Assembly: GCA_036172245.1 (NCBI GenBank)
Contig: JAYWIR010000017.1
Coordinates: 124,001-188,000 of the forward strand
Origin: Raillietiella orientalis
Lineage: Eukaryota
Direction: 5' to 3'
Length of the DNA stretch: 64,000 bases
Numbering within the stretch: the stretch's first letter is position 1; every line of letters starts with the position of its first letter. Made by a program: the position numbers and the translations under genes. Positions 53,800 through 64,000 of this stretch are shown piece by piece. The notes below the pieces were generated by a model. It searched no databases. It saw nothing but the letters and a program-made list of their open reading frames with translations, and was not told where the DNA came from.

Positions 53800-55300
53800 G
53801 TTCCGGGAACCCAGGAGCGGATCCGATGCTACCCTTGGTCCACTCCGTTGCTAAAAAGACGGAAGAAAAGGAGACTGTCCCCTGAGCGATGCTCACGAGC
53901 TCGGGGTTCGCCTAAAGGAAAGGCGGGAGTTCTCTTCCGCGAGGCGTTCTGCAGAATAGGGAGCAGCTGACTGTTACATCATCCAAAGAAGTATCCCTCG
54001 AAGTATATTTTCCTGCTAGATAACTTGTGTGGTTGCAAGCTGACAGTTCGATTCCCTTCATCCTCAGTAGCTGAAGGACCCCTCCCAAAGGACCCGATCA
54101 GCACGTTCAGTGCAGTCTTCGAGGAGTTTTGTAACCAGGCATCCATCTCTGGAGTCTGTGAGTGCTGTCTCAACTGAGCCAGTGTTGCGTGCCTGGTATC
54201 ATCGATGGTAGCATTAGTACATCGCTTCCAGTATCTTATCCAGGATCCAGATTTCATTCGAAATGTCCGCGATTTTCAATCTAGCATGCAGCCATGTTGG
54301 TGCAACTCTGTGGACTGCATTCACAGTGTTCGCGCGTTTTGACTATTCAAGAGCAAGTGGGTCCGAAAGCATCTCGTCTGCAGACGCAGATGTGGCTCCT
54401 GTAACACCTCCATCCAATGATGTCTTCGAATCTAAAAAAGAGGACAGGAAGAAAAAGAGGAAGCCTGCACAGGAGACAGTCTCGGAACCTCCCGATCTTC
54501 GGTACGGGTGACATGGTTTCAGATTTCCTCTTTCGTTCTAGAGCTTGACTTTCTCCCTTGCCCTTCCTTCTCTTTTTCATCCTCTAGCTTATTACCCGCG
54601 AAAGAAAAGTCCCCCCGGACCTTTTCAGAATTGGGAGGATTTCCAGAGGATCTTGCTGCTCGACCTCCTCGTCTGGTCAAGCGGAGTGACCAGGCGCTGG
54701 CGGTCTGCTAGGTGCTCGCTTCGAGCTCGCGTGTCTCTTGGTAACCGCCTTCGCGTTCTCTGGAGCAGCGTGCTTGATCGGTCCCCTGGGAAGCAGCAGG
54801 CAGGCTTCCCACCGCTCTTGCACTCCACGCAGAAGTGGGGAGGGATCTCAGGTGCTGCGGGGCCCTCGAAGACACCGCCCGCGAAGCTGTCCATCGGCGC
54901 GATTGGGGTGTGCTCCGTCCGCGAGCTCTTGACGAACCAAATGCAAATGCAGACGTCTCAACTCCTCCTCTTCCCTCCACCCACCCCCTCCGGTGCTCCC
55001 CGCCCAACGGCATCCGAGGGAGGGCGCCGCACACCAAGGCCCTCGTCTCACCCCCGAGCACGGCATTCTCCCGAGGAGGCCGACTACCCAAGCATCATTG
55101 GAACTTCCCGGGCCGGCTGGCGCTTTCCATGCCGCCGCCTGTCTTCCCCTCCTCCTGGGCGCCCCGCACGTACGCAGCTTGAGTCTCCCTCGGCTTCCCG
55201 CTCCCGACTCGCAGGGAATCCGTCCCTCACGCCGCTAAGTCCCGATCCAGGAAAGCGTGCGATTCCTCTCCGGAGGTTGCGGATCCCGTTAGCGCGTTCG
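53800..55300 (-). pseudogene. EcKL/CHK-like kinase relic
   Basis: LKIAD, then KSGSWIRYWKRCTNATIDDTRHATLAQL. Confidence 0.3.
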
Positions 55301-55449
55301 GTTGACAAATCATCCATATCGGGATGACAGATGGTTCTGGAAGACGCATACTCAAATTCCAAAAGCAGGAAGAAGGAGATGAAGACTAAGAATATGCCGC
55401 ATCCCCTCTCTCCATTTTCCATCGCCATGACATCGCGTTTTCTCGTCTC

Positions 55450-56150
55450 GCGCAAGTCGCATCTACATAAGTAAAATCGCTGCGTACTTGCGGTGCGCGT
55501 ACAGACCATACGGTGATGTGAAAGGATTGCGATAGGGATGCTGCCCCCTTCTATGACCTCAAGGCAGCGTGGATGTTTCTTGAGCGACGTCCCCACCCGA
55601 GCACGCTCCCCACCTGTTTGCTTTCTGGACAGAGTCGGCGGTTCCCACTCGAGATGGTGCCCGGAGCCACATCCGAGCGATAGAGGGAACATGACGTTCG
55701 TGTGCATGGTGGGACCTAATCGGTCAGCAGCGTCGCCCTCCACACCTCCTCGTCACACGATTTGGGCGACCGCTAGTGACTGATAACGCTTCCTGCTGGG
55801 CGTCGCCATTGTCAGAACTGCTCCTCTTTGCGCTGCCAGTGACCTCGAGGTCTCTCCCGATGCAAGCTGTCCCAGCCACTTCACCCGGTCGCCCGCGGCA
55901 ACGAAGCCTTTTCCTCTCTTGGAAGGGACGTCTCAAACCCAATTCCCTGCTCCCTCCTCTCGGCACCATCTTCCTCCTCCTCTTCCGAAAGAGTTCGCTC
56001 TGTTGCTTATTCAGATTTTGGCGCGCGGAACAACTGCAAAATAAGGGATGCAAGCGTTCGAAGGGAGAGGAGAGGTGTTACCCCTTCTCTTTGCAGCGTC
56101 CAAAGATTTTCAGAGCTTCTCGCGTCATGGGAAGCGATCCACCCCACGCT
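55450..56150 (+). pseudogene. EcKL/CHK-like kinase relic, C-lobe
   Basis: HPSDRGNMTF (55670-55699), then DNASCWASPLSELLLF (from 55782). Confidence 0.5.
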
Positions 56151-56399
56151 TTCAGTGAGCATCCCGGATATATTGCGCGTTCCCTCTCCGATGGACTCCT
56201 CCTCCTTCGTGGGCGTTTTCGGTGCAACAGTCTCCCAGTGACTTCAGGTCAGTACTCTGCAACCTTTGCTGGAGACCCTAGGAGATGGAAGACGTTCTCA
56301 TCATCCACAGTGGGGGACAGGAAACGCTGCCCTCCGAGCTGGTCCAATTCGACCTAGTGGGCGACCGTCATGCCCCAAGTTCTCGCAGGTCAGAAGAGT

Positions 56400-58080
56400 G
56401 TCCGAGCGAAAGAGAGAACCTGCCTGCGACCTCAGAAGACGTATTGGCTTGGACTCCGTCCTCCGCGACACACTGGTCAAGAAGAATTCGATACTGTGGC
56501 CTTCTTGCCGAAGACTGGCGCCCTTGGCACCCGGATCCCTGACCGCCTCCTGCTTTATCAACGGCTTGTTCTCGGGAGACATGTCGGACGCCAGCGGTGG
56601 TCGCGAAGATGCTGAACTGCAGAACTGTCGCGGTTCTCGGCTGCTTGAAGACCGATCCGGGCGGTCTTGTCCTCCAGCGACCTCCTTGGGAAGGAGGACG
56701 GCTCTCAGACGCGCACTCCTCACCCGCAGGCAGGGACTTTCTCCTGGTAGCTCGGCAAGGTGGCAGCCTTCGACGCCGCGAATGGTCAGAGCACTTCACC
56801 TGCAAAAGTTGGTGCACGCCACATTAGTTGTGCAAGGGTGCGTTCCCGGCTCTCGAGTGGGACAGTCGTTCGCTGCGTGGGTGGGCATGCTGTTAAATTT
56901 TTTCGTGCAAGTCAACGACGACTCAGGCAGGAAGGCCGTTCCCACGGCCGCCGCCGTCGTTTGCGGCTGGGTGGACCCACGAGCAGCCTCCGGAGGCGTC
57001 CCAGGGTCGTTCTTCTTCGAAACGGAAGTCTGCTACTACGTGGAAATTTACAGGGCCCTTGCAAAGGGGGAACGCCTGCTCGTCGAGTGGCTTCTGCGGC
57101 CGCCGGAGGCGAGCACTGGCGCCGTGCACTGGACAAGCCACTTTCGCGAGAGCGACGGCAGCGGCGTGCTGGCGATACTCAGAATGAACTTCCATTCGGC
57201 CTTCTAGACCAACGTGGTCTCCGTGTGCTAGGCTGGTTCAGCCGAGGAGAACGAAGCTTCCGGAATGGGATTTCTTCCCGGAGAGGAGGATCGCGTCACC
57301 AGGGGCTTTACGACCAGGTACCCTCTCTCCTCACGTCCTTTGCGCCCTCTTCAAAGAGAGCTCGAGGTGGCTCGCCTTCCACTTTTTCCCTTCTTCCTTG
57401 GCGCGCGGGTTCTTCACCAGTTTCCTCCCCGCCTCCTCACGGTGCTCCGAGTTACGGGCGAGGTGCCTGACCACGCTCCGCACGCGCGGGGTAAGTTGGA
57501 CGGCGGAGCTGTGCGGAGCAGCGCCCGCCCGCGATGGCTGATTGGTGCGGAGGATCCTCCGGCGATTCCACGAGGTGCAGGAGGAGAGAAGGGAGGAGCA
57601 GAGGTGCTGGAATCCACTCGCACTTGCGGCATCAGACGACAAACCAAGACGGACGGCCCCGCTTCCGATCTTTTCGACTCAGAGTGCTTCCGAATGCTGG
57701 GAGCGTCGGACTGGGACATTTTGAGTGGAGGTCCAAGGTCCTTTTTAAAGTCTGAAGCAACCCAACTCGTGATTTCTCGGTTCCACGGGAAATCACGAGG
57801 TCTGTCAAAGCAGTGTGCAGAGTCCCCTGCTTTTTGCTTACATCTGGTCATCACAGTTTACGAGAGCGGAGGTTTTCCGTCATCTCCTCTCTCTGTGTAT
57901 CCGCTTTTCAACCCGTTCTGTGATTTCGAGACTTCCACCAGGGACGGTGGTCTCATCCCATGCTTCCAGTGCATATCCTGGGAACACTGCGCGTTTTCCT
58001 AGAGAGCATTCCTCCTCCCTCGTGGCCATTCTCAGGGCCTCATCCCTTCGTCACGCTCAGACATCTCGCTGCTTTTAATT
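56400..58080 (+). pseudogene. EcKL/CHK-like kinase relic, near full domain
   Basis: NFFVQ, FFFETEVCYYVEIY (from 57010) and GSGVLAIL; then in one frame RFHGK (57778-57792) and FCDFETS (DFE at 57922-57930). Confidence 0.62.
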
Positions 58081-58099
58081 TCCCCTAGGGACAAGGGAG

Positions 58100-59170
58100 G
58101 ACGAAGCCGTGCTCGTCCCTGCCGCCCCTGAGAGTGAGGGCGTCCACCTTCCCAGTGGATGCGACGGCGGCCTCCCGCCCGGCCGCGAGCCTCCTGTGGA
58201 GGTGGAGGCGCCTCACTGGCACCCCCTACTGCCAGAAAACCTCCTGTGGCAATGGCATCGCTGCCCTAGGACCGGGATTTTTTCCGCCTCTGACTCGCTA
58301 GGTCCCTCCTGGTAGTGGATTTCCTCGTAGAGATGGAACTCGGGCGGACCGCAGTTTCCAGGCGTCAGGGCCGCACCTTCGGCAGCGTCCGTGTTCCTGG
58401 AGATCGGGCCACTCTCGCAATCCTCCCCGTCGCTTCCCGGACAAGGTGGCTCCCAAGCTACATCCCTGGTCCAGGAGAAAGGGCGTTGTCATCTGGAGCT
58501 GGCGGGTGGTCGGGTCTTCTTGGCCCCCTGCTGGATCCCGAAGGCGGAGCGGGTACCACGGGCCTCTCTTACGATGGCCGGCACTCTGCTGGAAGCGCGT
58601 CAGGGAGACAACGCTCGACATGTGCTCTCCCCTTTTCCTGCCTCACCTCCTTTAGGCGACTCGTAGTGCTCCTGGGAGCTGGTAGCCTTTGGTCTCCTGT
58701 GTCCAGAAGAGCCAAGTTCGTTCCCAGAAAACTCAGTTTGTTGGTTTCGTACAGTTCCCAGCGTCTGCGCGTGTTCTTCTCGATCTGGGTCAGTAGCTCA
58801 TCGTCCACCTCCGTGGTCACGATCCGGATGCGACCTTGCGATTCATCTGGCCAATCCAGCCACCAGGCTCTAATGCATGTTCGGTTTGCGACTGAGGTTG
58901 GATGACCCTGCTGGGCGTTCCCCAGAATTCGTTGCGGAGGTCACCGTACGCAATGCTATTTGGATGAACACGCTAAAGGATCCTATGACCCCGAATCGAG
59001 GGAAGCGCGCCAGGTGAATCTTCCGTTCCTTTTCAAAGACGCTACGCGGATGGACGACGACGCCTGGTCAAATTTCCTGAAACCAGCAGTGGGCGCCTCC
59101 TGTTCTGTTGCGACACGACGCCCGGTTGCAGTTCTGCAGCTCCGGGGAACCGCGACACGGACGCATCCAG
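58100..59170 (-). pseudogene. EcKL/APH-like kinase relic, N-half
   Basis: VFEKERKIHLARFPRF (~59040-58993), TCIRAWWLDWPDESQGRIRIVTTE and LGTNLALLD. Confidence 0.45.
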
Positions 59171-59726
59171 GATCTTAAGCCAAACCTTTCGGCCCGCGCG
59201 AGTGGATTTGGAAAGCTTGCGGCTGCGTTGGCAGCCGTGTGGCTGTGGTTTCCACGTGTGGCACTAAGTGTTGCGGGTTCGAATCCCATCCGGAGAAAGG
59301 TCGATGGCGAAAACGGAGAGTGTGTCGTGGTTTTCGATCCCCCTCCCCCCCTTCCCTGCAGGATGACGCTGGCTGGTCTATAGGCTTTGGGTGCAGCACT
59401 AACGGTTCCCTCCAAGAACCAAGGAACCGGTTCCTTTCGAGATTCCCCTCCTATTGGGAAAATGGAACCGTCCCTTCCCTCGGGGGAGATCCCAAATTGC
59501 GTACCATGGAGCTGGTTGATGCCCACCTCGGAGTTGTTTCTCCAGAGGGTCAAGAAGCGCGCTGTCCCCTTCGGAGAGCGTCCTTCAGAAAAATTTTGAT
59601 GCATCGCTTCGGGGTTCTCATCACAGGAGAAAACCAGGAACGGTTTCCTTGAGAAGGTTGCCTCCCGAGAAGAAATTCCAGGAGCAGATTTTTTCTGGAT
59701 TCCTTTCGGAGAATAAAGGATGAGTT

Positions 59727-60365
59727 GTGCCCTTCGGGAGCCCAGACTGTCACAGGTGCGGGGAACGGGAATCCCTCCCGCACCTGCTTGTGGGCTGTGT
59801 TGCCTTCCAGCCCCTATGGGAACGTTTCGGAACGACCCTCCGGATTCTGATTGACACCCCCAGGGATGTTTTACGGCTCCTCTTTGTGCGGGACGCCCTG
59901 CAGACAGCTGTAGCCCTAGCAGCGCTTTGCTGCATCCGCGGGATTGTGGCAGCCTGGAGCTAAGCCAACAAAGGAAGAAACGAGAGGGACGCCATCCAGT
60001 TCGCAGTTCGTTTTCTGCGAATAGAGGGCAAATGGCCCCACCTGAGAGCTATCCCCTCGGACCTAGCTGGCATTCTAGAAAGGATGCAGACTCCTTCCAG
60101 TAGACAGTGATTCATTCCCGACCCTCTCAAAAATTTTCATTTATTTTTATTTACTCTCTATTTTTATTTTTATTTTTTGTTCTCTCCCATCCCCTTCCGC
60201 TGCCCAGGTGAGCCACTCAGGTCTGTGCAACTGCGACCCGGAAATCCGTGAACAAACTCTCTTCTCGGCCTTTTGGCTAAGATCAAAGTGAGTGTGGTAG
60301 GACCACGTGTTCTACCACAATATATAAGTTTATTTTGAATTTCAATAAACGTCCCGGCATGTCTG
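59727..60365 (+). mobile_element. 5'-truncated 3' fragment of the LINE family, inserted into the SINE-like body
   Basis: CHRCGERESLPHLLVGCVAFQPLWERFGTTL..LFVRDAL..IRGIVAAWS, then a T-rich UTR and AATAAACGTCCCGG. Confidence 0.9.
60257..60293 (+). ncRNA. U2 snRNA 5'-end fragment (not a full gene)
   Basis: CTTCTCGGCCTTTTGGCTAAGATCAAAGTG (60261-60290) matches the conserved U2 5' sequence ATCGCTTCTCGGCCTTTTGGCTAAGATCA(A)AGTGTAGT. The rest of U2 is absent. Confidence 0.85.
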
Positions 60366-61349
60366 GGTGGAAATCGGCAGGAAACAAGGAGGTAATCCTT
60401 CCCGGGATCTCCCCGGAAAAGGAATGATCCCCTGCGGGACACCCTTCCGGAGAGAATGAGGAAGAGGTTTCCTGCCCACATGTAAGAAAAAAGGGCTCCT
60501 TCCTTCGGAGTCTTCCTGGACTCTTAGAGTGGTTCCTTCGGGGTACCCCCTAACTTGACCGCTACACTCTCCCGAAAGATGGTGACCCGTCCCTTTTTCT
60601 TACGTCTTTCCAACTGCTGCACAGCTTGCTCTTGGCCTTCGCGTGGGGTAGCAGCAGTGCAGCCACCAGGAAGGGGTGCCACGTAATCCTGGTCCTTACC
60701 TCTTTACCGAGAACAGAGCCTGAACGGTAGACAGGCCCCACCTTCTAGCTGGTTGCTAATTGCCAAGCAAGCCAGCAAATGGAGGAACTCTCTCTTGATT
60801 TTTTTTTCCGGCCGGAGAGTCTGGAACATCATGATTTATTTCTTGCTCGAGGGAGCGTTTGTTCCTTTCTGAGACGCGGAGCGAAAGCGGCATCCTGTAC
60901 GGCCATCGCGGAAGCAGATCCAGAGGAACTGCGACGAGCCACAAATCTTTTTCATTAAGGCAACTTGACGAGGATCGCTGACGCCCGCGATTGTGGACGC
61001 ACATCCTGAATCTGTGGTTTGCAGTTCCGATGATGCTAGTGGTAATTATTAATGACGATGAAACGAAGGGGAAGAGCAGGTTGCCAGTCTAGCGAAGCCG
61101 GACGTCTCTTTCGTCCGGGATGCCGAGCGTCGTCCGTAGGAAGAAACGTGTCTCTGCTGGTCGGCAGCCGGCTCCACAAAGTGCGGGCGCGGGCGCGCGC
61201 GCCGCCTCGACATCTTCCGTGAGTGATTTCCGATTTCTAAATCCCCCCGCTTCCGAGAGGAGCAACGCAGAGAGACGAGTTAGCGAGAAGATTCGCTCGC
61301 CGATATTGCTCGAGAGCACTGGCCAAATCGGAAGCAGCTGACGTGCAGG

Positions 61350-62150
61350 TGGAGTTCTGCGATCCAGGATTGATAACCTTCCTCACCGGGTTCAAGTCGA
61401 TTATGAAATGTGAGCTCCAGAGGGAAGATTCAAAATTCGCTCGACACAACTCGGAGATCAGTCCATTGACAGAAACTCTCCAAAGACAAGCCGGAATTTC
61501 TCCAGTGTCCACGAAAATCCTGGAAGTGGGATTTGAATTCCCACTGAAAAAAACAAAGACCAGGGTACTTACAATCCTCAGAGCCGGCCGGACAGTCGCG
61601 TCCTTGCAGTCCGGAAAAGCGTCATTCTGCATGGCTGGTTTCTGGAGACTTCTTCAAGAGCGGAAGTGCACTCTCAGATGCTCTTCCTGCTCAGAGCACT
61701 GGGCAAGGACACTCTTCGCTTACCAGGTTGGCCATTTGAGGCTTTCCGAAAGTCGGAATGGAGTCAGGCATTTGCTGGTGTCCAAACGACTTTTCCGTCT
61801 CCTCGAAACAACTCGTTGCCTCAGTTTCCAGCAAACTTTTGCATGGAGACGGATTCTCTTGTATCCGGGACGCATCCTACTCGGCAGCAATTCGACCCGA
61901 TCCTTCCACCTGACTTTCAATTACAGGCTGACGTTGTCTTCGGTCAAGTCCATCTGTTGCTCTTCCAGATGGCCCCTGCATCTGGACGTTCCATCTCTGC
62001 TGCCCCTTCATCGCTTGGTTCACGTACATCTGTGGTTCTCCGTTCTCTGTTCCTCAGCACACCAACTAGCACGTCGCTTCCATGAATGGTAACAGCGACT
62101 TGCGTGCAAGACTCATATCGGCCGCCTGCTCCCCGCAAGGGTGAAGAAGA
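61350..62150 (-). pseudogene. EcKL/CHK-like kinase relic, C-lobe
   Basis: KCLTPFRLS shares TPFRLS with the 24000-24550 copy; weak similarity to 31570-31700. Confidence 0.28.
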
Positions 62151-64000
62151 CTACCCGAAAAGAGCGGTCCTTTTAAGTGGTGACTTCAGATGCCAAACTC
62201 GACCGCCAACATTATTTTTAGAAACCATTTCGCTTTATCTGGAAATACAAATGAAGCAACGACTTCAAGGCTGTTCTTCCGCTTTACCGTCAGCGGACAG
62301 TTTTTCGCCCTCCACGTAGCCTACTTGGGTCTCGACGTTCTTTTCAAATCGTAACGCCGTCGTCACATGGGGAACGCCGTTTTTTTTTCAGGTAGACCAC
62401 CTCACCTCTCTGCGACTCATCTTTCCTCTCACCTGGTGCCGGTAGTATTTTGCCTCTGTTGCTCTTCCTGAGACTCTTTCATCGCGATAAGTACGAGTCA
62501 GCATGGGTGAGATGTCTCTCCTCCCTCGGTTTTGCTCGGAACTTCATGATTTAGGGGCGATCAAATCTCTCCTGAGTAATGGAAGGATATCAGGAAAGGA
62601 TGCATGATGGATGAAACCAAAAGCTGGTTGATCTTTCGCTTTATTTTTTTCATTTTTTGTAGTTGAAGAACAACTGAAACTGCAGTAACAGCAACAATTA
62701 ATGGATTAAGGGAGACCACGGCGAGGGATGTTGATGAATGGCACTGACATTGGCCAATGACGATCCCCAAGCACATGATTCCAGTCCTAATTACAGTGTT
62801 GCGAAATCCTACTGCACTACACGTAGTTTATTTATTTATTTATTTTTTCCCGTATGAAGTAGCTGAATTTCTTGTGTAAACATCATTCCTTCCAACCTGG
62901 AAACTTTTTGCTTTCCTACCATCAAAGCTCTCGAGAGGCAACGTGGAAATGCAGCACGAACCAGGCTGGTTATCACAGATTCTGGATGGAGATAAGAAAC
63001 GGAACATGTTGCATGAAACATATTTTCCATGGCAGGCGAATGAAAGATGAGATCGCTTCTCAGAGGATGAGGATAAAATGCGTATTTTTCTTTCTTTCTT
63101 TCCCTCTTTCGAACCGCTGTATCCTGAGTTTCTTAAGATTGCTGGATGTATCAAGCTGGCTTGATACATCCTGCAGATAATACATCCATGCTCCCAACCT
63201 ACATTAATGTTCTGATTTCGGAAAGATGGTTAAACCGTCAAGACCGAAGAGCAGGATAACATGGACATTAACCGATAGCATTAGAATGCTGAAATTTCTT
63301 GCTGAGATTTTTAAAGACATAGTTTGCTACTGACTAATCTCATTATGTTAACAGGTGGCAGCTGAGAACGGCGCTCAAATGCCAGAGGTCTCAAGTCGCT
63401 CTTGGGAAATTAGAAGCCCAATCACCTAAAAATCGGAAAAGACAGCGAGCGGTGCATTTGATATTCCCCCCCGTAGGGAATCGGTAATTTCTCGAAAACA
63501 CTTGTATTACATCCCACTAACTCTTATTGGATTAAAGAACATTCCATAGATTTTTTAATACTCTATACATATTTATTAACATTCATAAATTGCAGAATAA
63601 GAGATGTAATTATGAATATTACATAAAATGCGATCACACATAGATTTGATAAAATTATGATCAGTTAATTGAATATATCTTTCGTATATTGAGGGAATTT
63701 CATGAAATGCTGAACAGATGCATATGATCAATGCTGTGAATATTAATTGAATGCTACGGAATTGAAAGATTTCATCAACAGCTGAATGAAGAATTCCGCG
63801 TTCTGACGAGACTGACTTGGGGAATGCCAGGAAGTTTATCCTGGCATAAAAATCGAAGATTTGTTAACAGCAAGCTGCATGGGCCGCTGGTTCCAGAACC
63901 ATTACTTAGGCAAATTAGTACCCGTAAACTCGAGATGGTTTCTATGGATAGTTGCTGAAGAATGGGAACCTCCATATTTTCCGTTTTCTTTGGCTTAACC

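Larger units (their letters stand above)
59221..60710 (+). mobile_element. tRNA-headed SINE-like element with long body (copy A), interrupted by the LINE fragment
   Basis: A-box-like TGGCAGCCGTGTGG (59229-59242) and B-box GGTTCGAATCC (59276-59286). The head matches 49605-49767 and 52745-52900; the body (59400-59722 and 60420-60560) matches 43935-44369 in reverse complement. Confidence 0.7.

Noticed and set aside
54712..54723. GTGCTCGCTTCG matching the U6 5' end
   Set aside because: Only 12 nt with no continuation; compatible with chance.
59221..59295. Possible functional tRNA gene
   Set aside because: No clean acceptor or anticodon stem; it continues into a repeat shared by three copies, so treated as a SINE head.
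62500..64000. AT-rich end with short hydrophobic ORFs, possibly exons of a neighbouring gene
   Set aside because: No recognisable domain or supportable splice structure.

Overview
Eukaryotic (animal, probably arthropod-type) genomic DNA with no prokaryotic features. The only clearly intact gene is an NK1/slouch-class homeobox gene (14292-15491, +; eh1 motif plus NK1 homeodomain; probable 189-nt intron). Mobile DNA: one near full-length but frameshifted L1/Tx1-type LINE (~44370-49600), four 5'-truncated 3' fragments of that LINE family, and a tRNA-headed SINE-like family with a long hairpin-rich body. The main observation is that most of the remaining intergenic DNA appears to be a graveyard of roughly 25-30 decayed, apparently intronless copies of an EcKL/CHK (APH/choline-kinase-fold) kinase ORF. 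They lie on both strands, pack like transposons, and are recognised by eye from ordered motif relics (F-E-x-E..Y, LEDL..G, A-x-FHA, HGD-x-W, DFQ..GSP..DL, R..H..LL). Other oddities: a 30-nt match to the U2 snRNA 5' end inside one LINE 3' UTR, a shared non-poly(A) LINE terminus, and several perfect 16-19 bp hairpins. All homology calls are manual motif recognition against remembered consensus sequences, and the pseudogene boundaries are approximate.
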